DNA of 39,268 nucleotides, taken from the sequence record SRR31156797_4997; one strand, given 5' to 3'. This document shows positions 38,102 through 39,268 of the stretch, piece after piece (within the stretch, counting starts at the first letter, position 1; each line of letters begins with the position of its first letter). The notes under the pieces are model-generated. The model was not told the DNA's origin. It did no database searches and saw only the letters and a program-made list of their open reading frames with translations. The translations under genes and the position numbers were made by a program.

Positions 38102-39268
38102 ATGGAGCAACCCCTTATGCAAAAGGAAGGCGCCGGTGCGCGCAATCCCTTTCCCGGTTTAAGGCCATTTCGAATGGATGAAAATCATCTGTTTTTCGGC
38201 CGTGAGAATCAAGTAAATGAAGTACTGGATAAGCTATTTTCCAATCAATTTGTAAGTATTGTTGGTAATAGTGGAATTGGTAAATCTTCTTTTGTGAATT
38301 GTGGTATTTTACCCCGATTGCAATCAGAAAACAATCCATCTAATCAATCTTGGGAGGTCATAAACTTCAGGCCTGGAGCAATGCCCGGTATGCGATTGGT
38401 TATAGCCCTGGAAAAGCTAAGTAAAAAGTATAATTTAGATATTAAGCCAACTGAAAGTGAGGCAAAAAATAATACTTCAGTTGACATTGCTGCAGCTTTT
38501 TATTTGAAAACAAGAAGAAAGCTTCTTTTATATATTGATCAGTTTGAAGAAATTTTCCGTTTTTCGGCTGACCGCCCTGATGAGGCTGAGGAGAAAGTCG
38601 AGTTCATCAATTTGTTGGTAAATGCTATAAGAACCCCAAATTCTCCGGTACATGTAATTATTACAATTCGCTCAGATTTTGTGGGTGATTGCTCAAAATA
38701 TCCGGAGTTTACTAAAGCTATTAATGATAGTCAGTTTTTGATTCCCCAGATGACCCTGGCTGAAAAACGCTCAGCTATTGAAGGACCTGTTAAGGTAATG
38801 GGTGCAAAAATTGAAGAATCATTAGTTGATGTTATTTTAGAAAGTATTGGTGATCGTCATGACCAACTCCCATTAATGCAACACGCACTAATGCGTACTT
38901 GGGACCATTGGCAGTCTAATAAGTTTGGGAATGAACCGATTGCTTCTTCAAATTATATGGCCATTGGCGGAATGGAGAAAGCACTTTCTGTGCATGCTAA
39001 TGAGATTTTCAATGAGTTGAATGCCGATCAAAAGCAGGTTTGCGAAAGATTATTCAAAAGTATTACTGAGAAAGGTGTTGAAGGACGAAGCGTACGTAGG
39101 CCAACCAGTATTAAAGAGATTGCTGCAATTGCCAGTACAAACACCGATGAAGTAATACAAATTGTAGAGCACTTTAGGCAACCTGGCAGAACACTATTAA
39201 CCCCTTCAACAGATGTTCCTTTGACAGATAAAACCATCATTGATATTTCTCATGAGAGTTTAATGCGG
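38102..39268 (+). CDS. nSTAND1-type STAND NTPase domain protein (3'-truncated by the window; not in the ORF track)
   Basis: Manual translation: NPFPGLRPF...LFFGRE, Walker A GNSGIGKSS, Walker B LLLYIDQFEEIF, TIRSDF, DQLPLMQHAL, IDISHESLMR; open to the window end. Confidence 0.9.
   Translation, partial: MEQPLMQKEGAGARNPFPGLRPFRMDENHLFFGRENQVNEVLDKLFSNQFVSIVGNSGIGKSSFVNCGILPRLQSENNPSNQSWEVINFRPGAMPGMRLVIALEKLSKKYNLDIKPTESEAKNNTSVDIAAAFYLKTRRKLLLYIDQFEEIFRFSADRPDEAEEKVEFINLLVNAIRTPNSPVHVIITIRSDFVGDCSKYPEFTKAINDSQFLIPQMTLAEKRSAIEGPVKVMGAKIEESLVDVILESIGDRHDQLPLMQHALMRTWDHWQSNKFGNEPIASSNYMAIGGMEKALSVHANEIFNELNADQKQVCERLFKSITEKGVEGRSVRRPTSIKEIAAIASTNTDEVIQIVEHFRQPGRTLLTPSTDVPLTDKTIIDISHESLMR

Noticed and set aside
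837-39240. Remaining short antisense or alternate-frame ORFs in the track (e.g. 2342-2755, 33048-33455, 38115-38339, 39028-39240)
   Set aside because: They are nested in well-supported genes and have no recognisable motifs.

Overview
AT-rich chromosomal window from a Bacteroidota bacterium (T9SS C-terminal domains, TAnnTTTG promoters). Bases 1-28.3 kb are mostly ordinary genes: dapD, Sua5/YrdC, redox proteins, elbB, a Mur ligase, two TonB paralogs around a tricorn protease, two T9SS cargo proteins, an M64 peptidase, SRAP, miaA, a CPA2 antiporter, a GT2, the SRP RNA and an NADH oxidase-like enzyme. The most interesting part is 28.4-37.5 kb. It holds an SOS-type mutagenesis cassette: an HTH-S24 repressor divergent from a four-helix-bundle (23S-IVS/Avd-like) gene, dinB and a dnaE2-like gene. 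The cassette's gene junctions are built from mutually inverted heptamer arrays (GTTTCAA-type vs AACCTGA-type), which supply the dinB start and stop codons. The cassette is bracketed by two HUH/Y1 transposase relics. One is an intact IS200-like TnpA with Phe in place of the catalytic Tyr. The other is a RAYT-like pseudogene, absent from the ORF track, split in two around two AT-rich genes, with a 33-bp REP-like palindrome on each side. The window ends in an nSTAND1-type NTPase gene also missing from the ORF track. All family calls come from motif recognition by eye; no searches were run.
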